From Candidatus Anderseniibacteriota bacterium (lineage in GTDB: Bacteria > Patescibacteriota > Andersenbacteria > UBA10190): a DNA stretch of 64,000 nt. The stretch spans positions 98,875-162,874 of the forward strand of contig JBBDOX010000016.1 in the NCBI GenBank assembly GCA_040876835.1, written 5' to 3'. Positions 9,278 through 18,669 of the stretch are shown in pieces. The position numbers and the translations under genes were made by a program. The notes beneath the pieces were generated by a model. That model ran no database searches and was not told the origin of the DNA. It saw only the letters and a list, made by a program, of their open reading frames with translations. The first letter of the stretch is position 1; each line of letters starts with the position of its first letter.

Positions 9278-9739
9278 CTACTCCTGCGCTGGCCAGGGAG
9301 GAGCCATCTGGGCAAGGTGATTCAGTTTGCTTCGTACCGTGGAAATGATGCGCTCAATCTGAATACGGACGCGGTTCCGTTTGTCCTGACTGACCGGCTC
9401 ATCATAGTACCGCTGCACTGACCCTGATTCGAACAGAGACGAGACAAGATCATCCGTTGATGCGAGCCCGTGCGTATCCGGCCCCGGGGTGAACCGCCAC
9501 AGTCCGTCTGCCCTAAACGAGTAGTTTTCGAAGACGTCAAGAATGTAGTTGTGGCTTCCTTGTTTGCGCATCGTCTCGAGGAGCGCTTTGATGGCCTGCG
9601 CCTCTTCCCCTTCAAGTAAATCGCGGAGCTCCGAGATGGCGCGATCGAACGCTTCCTGGAAAAGAGTGGTCGAAGACCATCTTTTTGCAGCGTCTTGCCA
9701 TCGATTCACCCATTCCTTGCTATCAACTTGATCAGACAC
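9278..9739 (-). CDS. Hypothetical soluble protein (153 aa)
   Basis: ORF with its own downstream terminator. G+C is higher than in the neighbouring genes. No recognisable motif. Confidence 0.45.
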   Translation of the reverse strand: MSDQVDSKEWVNRWQDAAKRWSSTTLFQEAFDRAISELRDLLEGEEAQAIKALLETMRKQGSHNYILDVFENYSFRADGLWRFTPGPDTHGLASTDDLVSSLFESGSVQRYYDEPVSQDKRNRVRIQIERIISTVRSKLNHLAQMAPPWPAQE

Positions 9740-9846
9740 TTGCTGTCTCCCCTATGTTAAGGAACATTCGTCTGTGTCCTCGCAGTCACGCTAGAGCGAC
9801 AAACAAGACAGTCTTATTTAGCATATGCATTAAAAAATTGCAACGG

Positions 9847-10941
9847 TTATCTTTGTAGCAGCAAGTCTAACTTCTTCGCTTGGACTTTCCAGATAAACCT
9901 CTGTCTAGCCCGCTTCTGTCCCTCGTCCCCTAAACGAATCGCAAGTGTTGTATCTAGCAATAATTTTTCCAGTGCTCCCTTTATGCCATCAGCATCCCCC
10001 TCTTCTACTAACAGCCCCGTCTCGTTATCAACAACGGCTCCCGGCACTCCCCCATGTTTCGTTCCAATAACAGGAGTTCCCGCTGCATTCGCTTCTAAAT
10101 ACACAATTCCAAATCCCTCTATATCCCCATCAACATTCTTTGGCGTTAAAGCGAATACGGAAGCTCCAGCTAAAAGTGCTGGCAGGTCAGCTTCATCAAC
10201 GTGGCCTAAGAATTTTGGTTGAACAAATAACTGTCGTGAAAGCTGTTGCAGCCGCTCTTTCTCCGGCCCCTCACCAACAATCACCAGCTGAACATCGCCA
10301 AGGGTTGTTTGTTCTAGCTTTGAATATGCTGTGATTAAATCATCAACGCCTTTGCGAGGTATAAGCCGGGCGACGATAATGATGTATGGCTTCTCGATGT
10401 CGTATTTTTCTAATACGTCTCCATTCTCTGACGCATTAAGATACGTTTCCTCAACTCCAGGTTGTACCTCCACAAGCTTATCAGACGTAACACCAAGTGC
10501 TTCTAACTTTGATTTCGTATGATCATTTATATACACAACCGATTGTGCGTGAGTCAGCGCTTGGATTAGCTTCTTCTTCTTGGTCTTCTCCCACTCTTCA
10601 ATTTCCATCGCATATGTGAAGACGATATACGGAACTCCATATTTCTTGTTTAGTATATATCCAAGTAACCCTTCGAATAATCCTTTGCCGCAAAGTAACA
10701 TATCAATTTCTTTCCGCTTAGCTTTTCTGGCGATATGCCAGTACAGCGGCAACCACGCCGGTTTTATAATCGGCCAAAAGAAACGCCTAGCGGTAATACC
10801 CTCACCGCCCGTACTGCCTTGGGGCGCTATAACTTCAACCTCGTGGTTCAGTAGTCGCAGCTCTTTCACAAGGTTGGTAAGATATCGCTCGATACCTCCA
10901 ACCCGAGGTGGCCAGTTTTCTGTCAGCAGTAATATCTTCAT
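9847..10941 (-). CDS. GT4-family glycosyltransferase
   Basis: 364 aa. N-terminal 'MKILLLTENWPPRVGGIERY'. C-terminal 'GFGIVYLEANAAGTPVIGTKHGGVPGAV'. Confidence 0.8.
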   Translation of the reverse strand: MKILLLTENWPPRVGGIERYLTNLVKELRLLNHEVEVIAPQGSTGGEGITARRFFWPIIKPAWLPLYWHIARKAKRKEIDMLLCGKGLFEGLLGYILNKKYGVPYIVFTYAMEIEEWEKTKKKKLIQALTHAQSVVYINDHTKSKLEALGVTSDKLVEVQPGVEETYLNASENGDVLEKYDIEKPYIIIVARLIPRKGVDDLITAYSKLEQTTLGDVQLVIVGEGPEKERLQQLSRQLFVQPKFLGHVDEADLPALLAGASVFALTPKNVDGDIEGFGIVYLEANAAGTPVIGTKHGGVPGAVVDNETGLLVEEGDADGIKGALEKLLLDTTLAIRLGDEGQKRARQRFIWKVQAKKLDLLLQR

Positions 10942-11033
10942 AGCCTCATGCTAGCTGGAATTGACAGAGTATTCCATGCCGCATACCGTCGTACCAGGAG
11001 GTGTTCTGAAAGCACATTTCAAGGGGAGGCATC

Positions 11034-11501
11034 ATGTTGGACTACGGCCGTCCTTTTGTTTGGCGCCAGGTCACGTACATCCGGTTCGAAGATCTCAGCG
11101 GTCATGTGCTGGATGAGAATGAGCCGGAGGAGAAGATAGTCTGGCACCCAGAAGCTTTGCCGTTTCGCGCTCAAGTGCAGGAGATGGCAAGAAGGCCAGC
11201 CGAGACATTTCGAGGATTTTGTTTCCTCTCGGCCCTTGCAACTGTGCTAGTACTGGCAGCTCTGACAGAGCTCCCAGTGTACGTTCCCGTTCCGTGGCGT
11301 TCGAACTGGAACGTGGCAGTTGGGCTCCTGGTACTGGCGGCAGGACTCGGCACAGGCTCTATCGTCTACTTGTGGGAACGCCTCAAGGCACGCGCGTTGC
11401 TCACGGAGGTAATCAAGAGGCACCCTGCCTTTTTGAAGGCCCTGCAGGAGACTGAGGATTACCGGCTCCTTGATGAGATCAAGAAGATGACAGGGAGATG
11501 A
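11034..11501 (+). CDS. Hypothetical small membrane protein (155 aa, 2 predicted TM)
   Basis: Strong SD 'aaggggagg' lies just upstream of the ATG. Two hydrophobic segments. Followed by a terminator. Confidence 0.45.
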   Translation: MLDYGRPFVWRQVTYIRFEDLSGHVLDENEPEEKIVWHPEALPFRAQVQEMARRPAETFRGFCFLSALATVLVLAALTELPVYVPVPWRSNWNVAVGLLVLAAGLGTGSIVYLWERLKARALLTEVIKRHPAFLKALQETEDYRLLDEIKKMTGR

Positions 11502-11506
11502 CGCAA

Positions 11507-11534
11507 CCGCGACACGGATCGCGGCTCTTTTTTT
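11507..11534 (+). terminator. Rho-independent terminator
   Basis: ccgcga (11507-11512) and tcgcgg (11519-11524) form a 6-bp GC stem with a 6-nt loop, followed by a T7 run at 11528-11534. It sits 6 nt after the stop of 11034-11501. Confidence 0.6.
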
Positions 11535-11560
11535 GACACTCGCTCTTATTCCGATATTAT
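11533..11560 (+). promoter_or_regulatory. Sigma70-like promoter: TTGACA, 16-nt spacer, TATTAT
   Basis: TTGACA at 11533-11538 and TATTAT at 11555-11560. It lies about 70 nt upstream of the small ORF 11633-11911. Confidence 0.45.
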
Positions 11561-11632
11561 ACGTTGGTCAGCAGAAGAGGTTGGCAAATACAAACTCATC
11601 ACCACCAAGTCGTTATCTAAGGAGGGTTAAGC

Positions 11633-11911
11633 TTGGAAGAGGAAATGTTCTTTGTTGAGCGTGGCGGGACAGTAATCTGTGTGGCCCTGGGCAGCACAAA
11701 GGAAGGAACGTATGTGTACAGCCGAGGAGCTACTGAGATGTTTCCCACTGCTCCGGTGTGGTTTGACCGAAGCCAACTTCGGCACTCCCACTCCTACCGA
11801 GGACGGATCTTCGGACACCTTCTGAGGCGGTGTCGCGCAGACCATGACAAGGCATGTGACTTTTGGAGTCGCTTTACGGCAATACTCCGATGCCTCAGTG
11901 TCCCCACCTAA
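11633..11911 (+). CDS. Hypothetical small protein (92 aa) with a TTG start
   Basis: SD 'aaggaggg' at 11619-11626 lies 6 nt before TTG at 11633. The stop codon is embedded in a terminator hairpin. A dedicated promoter lies upstream. Confidence 0.4.
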   Translation: MEEEMFFVERGGTVICVALGSTKEGTYVYSRGATEMFPTAPVWFDRSQLRHSHSYRGRIFGHLLRRCRADHDKACDFWSRFTAILRCLSVPT

Positions 11912-11927
11912 CCCGCGGTGGGTTTTT
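11902..11927 (+). terminator. Rho-independent terminator
   Basis: cccacc (11903-11908) and ggtggg (11917-11922) form a stem with an 8-nt loop, followed by TTTTT at 11923-11927. Confidence 0.45.
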
Positions 11928-13356
11928 AATATGCTTTAACCAGCTTTACCCCCTTGAAGTAATAGCTCAGAATTTTTTGAAAGCTCCAACCATCAGCCTT
12001 GGCAAACCCAAAGGCTCCTTGAGCACTCATACCAACACAGTGTCCCCTACAACTACTCGAAGCGTGATGCGGATCTTTTACCGAGTGCTGGAGATGAGGG
12101 AAACGGCTTGTGTTCCAGACTTCCTTGGCACTGCGAGTGCGCCCATCAGAATCCGAGAAGTATACTGTGGTCACCAAGTTATCTGCCTGACTATCAGTCA
12201 CTACAACTCCCTTTGTCTTATCAAAGATACTCGACATGCGAGAAGTTATAAGTTCATATTCATATCCACGGTAAAGCTGGTCATCGGCAGTATTAGTAAT
12301 GTCATATCCTTTAGCGGGATTTCGTCCGCCAGTAACTACCTTGTGGTAAAGAGCATATGTTCGAGCCGCTGCTCCCAGGGCTTTAATATATTCCTCTGGC
12401 CCCTCTCCTGAAGTTTCGGCTAATCCACGCAGATAATACTCCAAACGAAGCTCATTAATCGCCCACAACTCATTACACCCATTGCACTTTCGGATTTCAA
12501 TAATCCCCCGAAAACGATTGTAGTTCTTACCGGCATATGTAACGGAGGGATCGCTGTAGCTGGTTATTTGCATGATCGCCTGATTAAGAGGCACCAGACG
12601 AATTTCTCCAACTGTATCAAAACTAACTCCCGAGCCGCGCACGTGGTACTTACCATCAGACCAGGAGACCTGTACGTCATCGTCCTTACCGAGAGTTCCC
12701 AAAACCTTAAAGCCACCCTCCCGAATCTGGTAGGAACCATTGGCGGTAACATGAATTGCTCTACCATCGGTTTTGAAAATCCCGATCCGGATTTGATCAC
12801 CAGCTGGATGAGTGCTCACCCCAGCAATACTTCTACGAATAATGCCGCCTCCAGCAGACGCCACAGCTGCAGCCGGCTTCTGTCCACAAATAGTGTCCGA
12901 TCCCTTTCGAGACTTTTTCGCATGGTGATATTTCATCGAACCAATCAAAGCGGTCCGAGACTTAATCTCCCCACACGAAATGCGCTTTCTCCACCAGGCT
13001 TTTTCGGTGTTGGAAGGATCTGAGCTATAAATTTGTACAAAGAGAGGCAAGACATCTTTTATCATGGTCTGCTTATCATTAGAGCCTATGATCGTAGTAG
13101 CTGCGGCGGCTGGGGCAGTGCTGCCGCCCCCCGCTTTCTGGTAATACATGGCTCCAAGCAAAGCTTCATAGGTTTTCTTTTCACCCCTAACGACACGTCC
13201 CGCCCAATAGAGGTTTTCTGTAGGAGTGGGGTTTTTCCCATAAGCGGTGCGGAAAGCCTCATTGACACGACTTACCAATGGTGGGGTTTGAGCATGGGCG
13301 TTTCCAGCAAATAAAAGAATAACCAGACAGCCCAATGCGAAGGAAAGTTTCTTCAT
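11926..13356 (-). CDS. Secreted SpoIID/LytB-domain protein (amidase-enhancer / lytic transglycosylase-like)
   Basis: Signal peptide MKKLSFALGCLVILLFAGNAHAQ. The C-terminal region 'ELWAINELRLEYYLRGLAETSGEGPEEYIKALGAAARTYALYH' matches the SpoIID/LytB core pattern. The listed ORF extends to a TTG at 13392, but the ATG at 13356 is preferred. Confidence 0.55.
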   Translation of the reverse strand: MKKLSFALGCLVILLFAGNAHAQTPPLVSRVNEAFRTAYGKNPTPTENLYWAGRVVRGEKKTYEALLGAMYYQKAGGGSTAPAAAATTIIGSNDKQTMIKDVLPLFVQIYSSDPSNTEKAWWRKRISCGEIKSRTALIGSMKYHHAKKSRKGSDTICGQKPAAAVASAGGGIIRRSIAGVSTHPAGDQIRIGIFKTDGRAIHVTANGSYQIREGGFKVLGTLGKDDDVQVSWSDGKYHVRGSGVSFDTVGEIRLVPLNQAIMQITSYSDPSVTYAGKNYNRFRGIIEIRKCNGCNELWAINELRLEYYLRGLAETSGEGPEEYIKALGAAARTYALYHKVVTGGRNPAKGYDITNTADDQLYRGYEYELITSRMSSIFDKTKGVVVTDSQADNLVTTVYFSDSDGRTRSAKEVWNTSRFPHLQHSVKDPHHASSSCRGHCVGMSAQGAFGFAKADGWSFQKILSYYFKGVKLVKAY

Positions 13357-13454
13357 AGCCTGTGCATAATACCAAATTAGGCGGGATGCCAAAATGTTGA
13401 CATATTATTCTTATTATAGTATTGTAATATCCAATTTATACTACAATAGATACT

Positions 13455-14447
13455 ATGGAGTCTTCCAAAAAACTCGTTGTTATCATTCCTGCCCTTAACG
13501 AGGAAAAAACCATCGCGGAAGTAATTTCCGCAATTCCCAATCACTTGGAAGCGATTACCCTTACCCAAGTTATTGTTGTGAATGATGGTTCAACGGATAC
13601 TACTGCTGCAGTCGCCGGTGAGGCCGGCGCAACTGTCGTTTCTCACCACAAGCCGATGGGTGTGGGTGCTGCTTTCCATACTGGTATTAAGGAGGCTTTA
13701 ATGGCAGGGGCAGATGTTATTATAAACATCGACGCTGACGGTCAATTTGACCCGAGCGATATTCCTCGCCTCCTCAAGCCTATCCTCGACAATGATGCTG
13801 ATTTTGTGACGGCCAGTCGTTTTGCCGACCCCGCGCTAGCTCCTCACATGCCGGATGTAAAACGATGGGGCAATGGATGGGTTACCACGATTGTAAATAT
13901 CTTAACCGGGAAAAAGTTCACCGATGTGTCCTGTGGCTTTCGTGCATATTCACGGGAAGCGGCACTGCGCCTAACTCTCTTCGGACACTTCACCTATACT
14001 CAGGAAACTTTCATTGATCTGGCTTTTAAGAATATGCGTATCTTGGAAGTTCCTCTGAAAGTGCGCGGTGAACGGGAGCACGGCACCTCACGCGTGGCGT
14101 CTAATCTTTGGCGCTACGGAACGAAATCAGCAACGATTATGTTTCGAGCTGCTCGAGATTACAAGCCATTTTACTTTATTGGTGTTCCAGGAATTATCAT
14201 TTTCATGATTGGTGTAGCAGGTGGACTCTTTGTCCTCAACCATTATCTACAAACGGGACAAACCTCTCCCTTTCGCTCCCTCGTTACTGTTTCGGGAATT
14301 TTATTAATTATCGGATTTCTGGTGTTCTTTATTTCGCTCTTAGCCGACATGTTGCACCGCAACCGCGTCCTGATTGAAGAAATGCTCTACCTGGCTCGTA
14401 AGGAAGCGTATGGACGGGAAGCCCACCGAAATGACAAAACTGCTTAA
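13455..14447 (+). CDS. GT2 polyprenyl-phosphate sugar synthase (Dpm1/GtrB/ArnC-like) with a C-terminal 2-TM anchor
   Basis: 330 aa. 'VVIIPALNEEKTIAEVI...VIVVNDGSTDTTA...INIDADGQFDP' is the GT-A core. The C-terminal hydrophobic pair is typical of GtrB-like enzymes. Confidence 0.75.
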   Translation: MESSKKLVVIIPALNEEKTIAEVISAIPNHLEAITLTQVIVVNDGSTDTTAAVAGEAGATVVSHHKPMGVGAAFHTGIKEALMAGADVIINIDADGQFDPSDIPRLLKPILDNDADFVTASRFADPALAPHMPDVKRWGNGWVTTIVNILTGKKFTDVSCGFRAYSREAALRLTLFGHFTYTQETFIDLAFKNMRILEVPLKVRGEREHGTSRVASNLWRYGTKSATIMFRAARDYKPFYFIGVPGIIIFMIGVAGGLFVLNHYLQTGQTSPFRSLVTVSGILLIIGFLVFFISLLADMLHRNRVLIEEMLYLARKEAYGREAHRNDKTA

Positions 14448-15525
14448 GGTTCTGTTAATCAGCCGCTCATACGGTCAGCATGCCGGTGGGATGGAGCGGC
14501 TCAGTTATGAGCTCATTGATTCTGTTTCTCAACTGCCGGAGATAGAAGCCACGGCTATTGTGAACAATACTCCCGCAGGAGCTTCGCTGATGCGAGTGCG
14601 GCTGCAATCTCTTTTGTTTATTACTTTAATTGCGCCCCGAGCAATCTGGGCTGCACGCACGGCTGACGTCGTTCACTTAGGTGATCCTCTTTTGAGCAAA
14701 ATTGGTTGGTTTATACAAAAACTTTGGCATAAGCCGGTCACTGTAACCGTCCACGGATTGGACGTGCAGTACAGTAATCCTCTATACCGTTTATACTTAC
14801 GATTCTTTTTCCGAAATTTTGATGCCTATATCGCGATTAGCGAGCATGCCAAGGAGGCTTTACTTCGCTGGCGCGTCGCTGGAACTATCCATGTTATCCC
14901 TCCTGGCATCCACGACCGCTTGCATGACCCTACTATTACTAGGGAGCAGCTAACTGATCTCTTAAAAACAGATATATCTCATAAAGTTGTGCTATTAACT
15001 GCTGGGCGCCTCGTGGCCCGCAAAGGACACGCCTGGTTTATCACCAATGTTCTCCCCCTACTACCTGAGCATTTCATATACGTCATAGCAGGCGATGGGC
15101 AGGAGCGATCTTCCATTGAGCAAGCCGTGAAGCAGGATCAGCTGCAAAATCGTGTCATCATGCTAGGGCGCGTGTCGAACGATACACTCCGCACCCTCTA
15201 CAACACAGTTGATATATTTATCCAGCCAAATATTCCCATGTCGACTGATGCTGAAGGGTTTGGGATCGTATTAACTGAAGCTGCGCTATGTGATCGTATA
15301 GTTATCGCAGCAAATATTGATGGTATTCCGGCAGCTATTCATGACAAAAAGAATGGGTATCTAGTGGAGGCTCAACAAGCCTCGAGATGGCGCGATGTGG
15401 TTCTAGCGGCGCAAAAGCTGCCGAATGCTCGTGAATATACCCTGACTCAATTTTCCTGGGACAAAATCAGTCAGCAGTATCGGTCAGTTTTTCAACAACT
15501 GTCACAAACTGAGGAAACGGTTTAA
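14410..15525 (+). CDS. GT4-family glycosyltransferase
   Basis: 'SRSYGQHAGGMERLSYEL...' then 'EGFGIVLTEAALCDRIVIAANIDGIPAAI'. The ATG at 14410 has an 'aaggaag' SD. The listed ORF starts at 14374. Confidence 0.7.
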   Translation: MDGKPTEMTKLLKVLLISRSYGQHAGGMERLSYELIDSVSQLPEIEATAIVNNTPAGASLMRVRLQSLLFITLIAPRAIWAARTADVVHLGDPLLSKIGWFIQKLWHKPVTVTVHGLDVQYSNPLYRLYLRFFFRNFDAYIAISEHAKEALLRWRVAGTIHVIPPGIHDRLHDPTITREQLTDLLKTDISHKVVLLTAGRLVARKGHAWFITNVLPLLPEHFIYVIAGDGQERSSIEQAVKQDQLQNRVIMLGRVSNDTLRTLYNTVDIFIQPNIPMSTDAEGFGIVLTEAALCDRIVIAANIDGIPAAIHDKKNGYLVEAQQASRWRDVVLAAQKLPNAREYTLTQFSWDKISQQYRSVFQQLSQTEETV

Positions 15526-16099
15526 CGTCACCGTTTTCTTCCCGCCACCTTCGCCACGAGGGTAACGTACCTTCATAAGTACAGGTATTAGTATCAACAA
15601 TCATCTCCGGTAGAATCTCCCATTTCTCAAGATAGTGGCCAACGGCTTGGCGTAAGGATAGGTACGTTTTCTCTTTCCGACGCTCGACAGCAGTGGGAAA
15701 TAGCTTGGTAAATTGTTGTATTTCTTCCCCTTCATATTCAAAACCAAAATGTTTTTCACAGATATGCGGGCCGATCCAGACATACTCGATATCTGGCAGG
15801 GATATGCTTAGTGCTACTTGATCGAGAATAGAGCGAAGTAGTGATTTACGACTGATGTGTAAGACAAGCGCCTGCTGTACCGTCGTAATCACTAATGGCA
15901 TACAATCAGCCGTCCGCACCCCTGCTCGCTCCCCTGAGGCAATAAGAAACCCGCCCGCGTCAGAGCCTACTTCCGGCGAGACACTTGCTGGTTGAATCGT
16001 TCCGGTGTGTGTGCCCGTGACTGGCAGTAAAATAGTTGATGCCTCCTCTTGAGGAATGATTCGAACCCGCCAGGTGTCCAATATCCACTCTCGTGTCAT
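15467..16099 (-). CDS. YfiH/PgeF-like (DUF152) protein, a putative peptidoglycan editing factor
   Basis: 210 aa. The 'VRTADCMPLV' motif resembles the conserved TADCxPV of the YfiH family. The overall match is weak. Confidence 0.4.
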   Translation of the reverse strand: MTREWILDTWRVRIIPQEEASTILLPVTGTHTGTIQPASVSPEVGSDAGGFLIASGERAGVRTADCMPLVITTVQQALVLHISRKSLLRSILDQVALSISLPDIEYVWIGPHICEKHFGFEYEGEEIQQFTKLFPTAVERRKEKTYLSLRQAVGHYLEKWEILPEMIVDTNTCTYEGTLPSWRRWREENGDVKPFPQFVTVVEKLTDTAD

Positions 16100-17892
16100 C
16101 GAAGGGCGTAAATTGCTACCGGACCATTCGTAAAGACTGGTTCGCTATTTAGAGTATCAACTGTTTCCTGCCAGACGGCTGAAGTTTCTTGAGTAATTAG
16201 TAAATAATCCGCTTCAGATAGCAATGCAGCCTGGGTCTCTTTGTCTCCTTCTCTCGCCATCAGGAGCATGCTGTAAATTTCGTCATTGGGAGATAGCCAG
16301 AAATCAGCGCGCAGCATTGCCCGTCCTGTAAACGCCGGGACTGCAAATGGTGGCTGCTCGGAAGTAATAAATACTGCGTCACGGACAGTATTATCTTCAA
16401 TCCACCACAAGGCTTCACGCATGGAAGTTGCGATAACCTGCTCGTCTTTGAATATAAGATTATCGTAGGTACTCGCCACACTGCCTCCTGCTGGCAGGGC
16501 AACCAGCAGGAGTACCGCCGCTACCGCAGCAAAGCCGGCAGCCTTCTCCCCAATATTTTTTGTGCTATACATCAACTCCCGCTTAACGTAAAAAAAGAGT
16601 TGAATGATGAGCCCTAGCACTAATGGAAAGCCAATAAGGAGGCCGTGATAGAAAAAGCGAGAAGCATTTCCCACTACAATTTCCCGGCCGGAGAAAAAGA
16701 ATGTAATGAATGACAGGAGGATAAGGAAAGAGGCAGAGGCACCAAGGAAAGGTTCGCGCGATAATTGCTGGAAGACAGCAACAATAAGAGGAACAACGAC
16801 AATTGAAAGGCGCAGCATGTCGAAAGCCCCGATATATGAAATACCAGGTAGGGAAAACTGTGCATCACCCGGGGTAGCCACAAGGTACAATCCGGCAAGA
16901 ATGATTCCCCCCACCAGAAAGACTTGCCGTTCCGCTAACAATCTTCCCTTGTCAGTCACCCGCAAACCTGCAAACACCAAAAGAAGTGTTATGGCTGCAG
17001 TGCCTGTGACAGCATTGGAAAAAAGGAGAGCCACACCAGCTGCCAGTGCCGTCAGAACATATATAGTCTGCGCTTTCTTTTTCAAACCATAGCCAACCCG
17101 AAGAAGAGCAGTCTGTAATATAAAAATAGAGGTTATAAAAAAGTGGCTCTGAGGGTATACGTATCCGTCCCAGCTAACAGCCAAAACATAGATAACAATT
17201 AGACTCTGAAGGGCATAAATCATCCAGGCAGAAGGCACTCCTACCCAGCGCTCACGGTTGGGCTCGATCATAACTATGTCCCACAGAAGAAAAAAGAGCG
17301 GTATAAGAACCACCAGCTGTATGTATGTCATAAACGGCATGAAATGAAACCAGTTGGCTCCAACATGAACGGCATCAAGAAAAGTAGCCAGCCCAGCATG
17401 CAGCAGTGTCGGATACTCTAGGTAACCGTTAGCGGCAAAGGGATTCTCATTTACCAGGCCTGCAGTTGAGAATGAACGCTGTGTTAGCGCCATTAGAGTG
17501 GCCGTGTCCCCGTTATAAAATCCGTGCGTAATCCACTTATTGTCTTTAAACCCGTTGTGCTGGGCAATTAAGACAGCCCCCGCAATAACCAATCCGAGGG
17601 GTAGCAACACCCATGCGTCTCTCTTGCCACTCCCCACTCCATTTCCATATGGCAGATGCCATCGTTTGTAGAAAGATCCAAACGCGACCAGAAGGACAGC
17701 TGATCCAGCAACGAAAACGGTTGGTGTCGAAATCGATTGCAGTATTGTGCGGTCTAGCAATGTTAGTGTCAGCCATCCTGTTTGCCAGAGAGCACCAGCT
17801 ACTCCAAGATACGTTAACGCGCGTCGATGAGTGAACAGAACCCCGCTAGCAAGTAGCGAAGCAACTCCTAGCAACACAATGGCAATTAGCAT
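16096..17892 (-). CDS. Large polytopic membrane protein (598 aa) with a C-terminal extracytoplasmic domain; putative GT-C-like glycosyltransferase
   Basis: At least 12 hydrophobic segments followed by an approximately 130-aa hydrophilic C-terminus. No firm motif. Confidence 0.4.
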   Translation of the reverse strand: MLIAIVLLGVASLLASGVLFTHRRALTYLGVAGALWQTGWLTLTLLDRTILQSISTPTVFVAGSAVLLVAFGSFYKRWHLPYGNGVGSGKRDAWVLLPLGLVIAGAVLIAQHNGFKDNKWITHGFYNGDTATLMALTQRSFSTAGLVNENPFAANGYLEYPTLLHAGLATFLDAVHVGANWFHFMPFMTYIQLVVLIPLFFLLWDIVMIEPNRERWVGVPSAWMIYALQSLIVIYVLAVSWDGYVYPQSHFFITSIFILQTALLRVGYGLKKKAQTIYVLTALAAGVALLFSNAVTGTAAITLLLVFAGLRVTDKGRLLAERQVFLVGGIILAGLYLVATPGDAQFSLPGISYIGAFDMLRLSIVVVPLIVAVFQQLSREPFLGASASFLILLSFITFFFSGREIVVGNASRFFYHGLLIGFPLVLGLIIQLFFYVKRELMYSTKNIGEKAAGFAAVAAVLLLVALPAGGSVASTYDNLIFKDEQVIATSMREALWWIEDNTVRDAVFITSEQPPFAVPAFTGRAMLRADFWLSPNDEIYSMLLMAREGDKETQAALLSEADYLLITQETSAVWQETVDTLNSEPVFTNGPVAIYALR

Positions 17893-17958
17893 GGGCTAAG
17901 CATGACAAAATAAACGAGTCATGGCAATATAGCGGCTTCATCTGCTAGGGTATAGGTA

Positions 17959-18669
17959 ATGAAATCTCTCTCCCTTATCATTCCGGCATATAATGAAGAA
18001 AAGCGTCTGCCGCCGTTTCTGAAGTCTATCGCAGACTATGTTCAACAGCATCCTGACTACATTCAGGAACTTCTTGTTATCGACGACGGTAGCAATGACA
18101 ACACGGCAGCTGTTACCGAAAAACTGGCCCGGGAACTTCCCGGATTTAAACTGATTAAGCAGCCAAGTAATCAGGGAAAAGGAGCAGCTATAAAAACCGG
18201 TGTCCAGGCAGCGACTACTGAGCTAGTTGTTTTCATAGATGCAGACGGAGCTACTCCCGTTACAGAGTTACCAGCCATGCGGGAAGCTCTAACTTCGGCC
18301 CAAATTGCTGTTGGTAACCGCTGGATGCCTGGAGCTAAGGTTCACCGCAGCTCTCCTCTTAGGCACATTTCCGGCTGGGTGTATAAGACATACATGAGCA
18401 TGTTCGGCCTAAGTGGTATCGACACTATGTGTGGCTTTAAAGGGTATGAAGTCTCTGTTGCCCGGGATTTATTTCACGACCTAATAGAGCCGCGCTGGCT
18501 CTTTGATACCGAAATCGCCTATAAGGCGGTACAGCGCGGATATCGAATCAAAAACTTTCCAATTGAATGGAAGTCAGTTGACGGCAGTAAGCTAAGCTCG
18601 TTTGATTTACTCAAGTCAGCAATGTCTATCTGGCCGCTTATCCAGAGAATAAAGAAACAGAAAATATGA
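17959..18669 (+). CDS. GT2 Dpm1/ALG5-like polyprenyl-phosphate glycosyltransferase (soluble)
   Basis: 236 aa. 'SLIIPAYNEEKRLPPFL...VIDDGSNDNTA...VFIDADGATP'. Confidence 0.75.
   Translation: MKSLSLIIPAYNEEKRLPPFLKSIADYVQQHPDYIQELLVIDDGSNDNTAAVTEKLARELPGFKLIKQPSNQGKGAAIKTGVQAATTELVVFIDADGATPVTELPAMREALTSAQIAVGNRWMPGAKVHRSSPLRHISGWVYKTYMSMFGLSGIDTMCGFKGYEVSVARDLFHDLIEPRWLFDTEIAYKAVQRGYRIKNFPIEWKSVDGSKLSSFDLLKSAMSIWPLIQRIKKQKI

Noticed and set aside
9174-11033. tRNA or other small RNA genes in the intergenic gaps at 9174-9277, 9740-9846, 10942-11033, 30728-30860 and 54113-54196
   Set aside because: None carries a GGTTCGAAT-like T-arm or a cloverleaf-compatible pairing. The gaps are explained by terminators, promoters and SD sequences.
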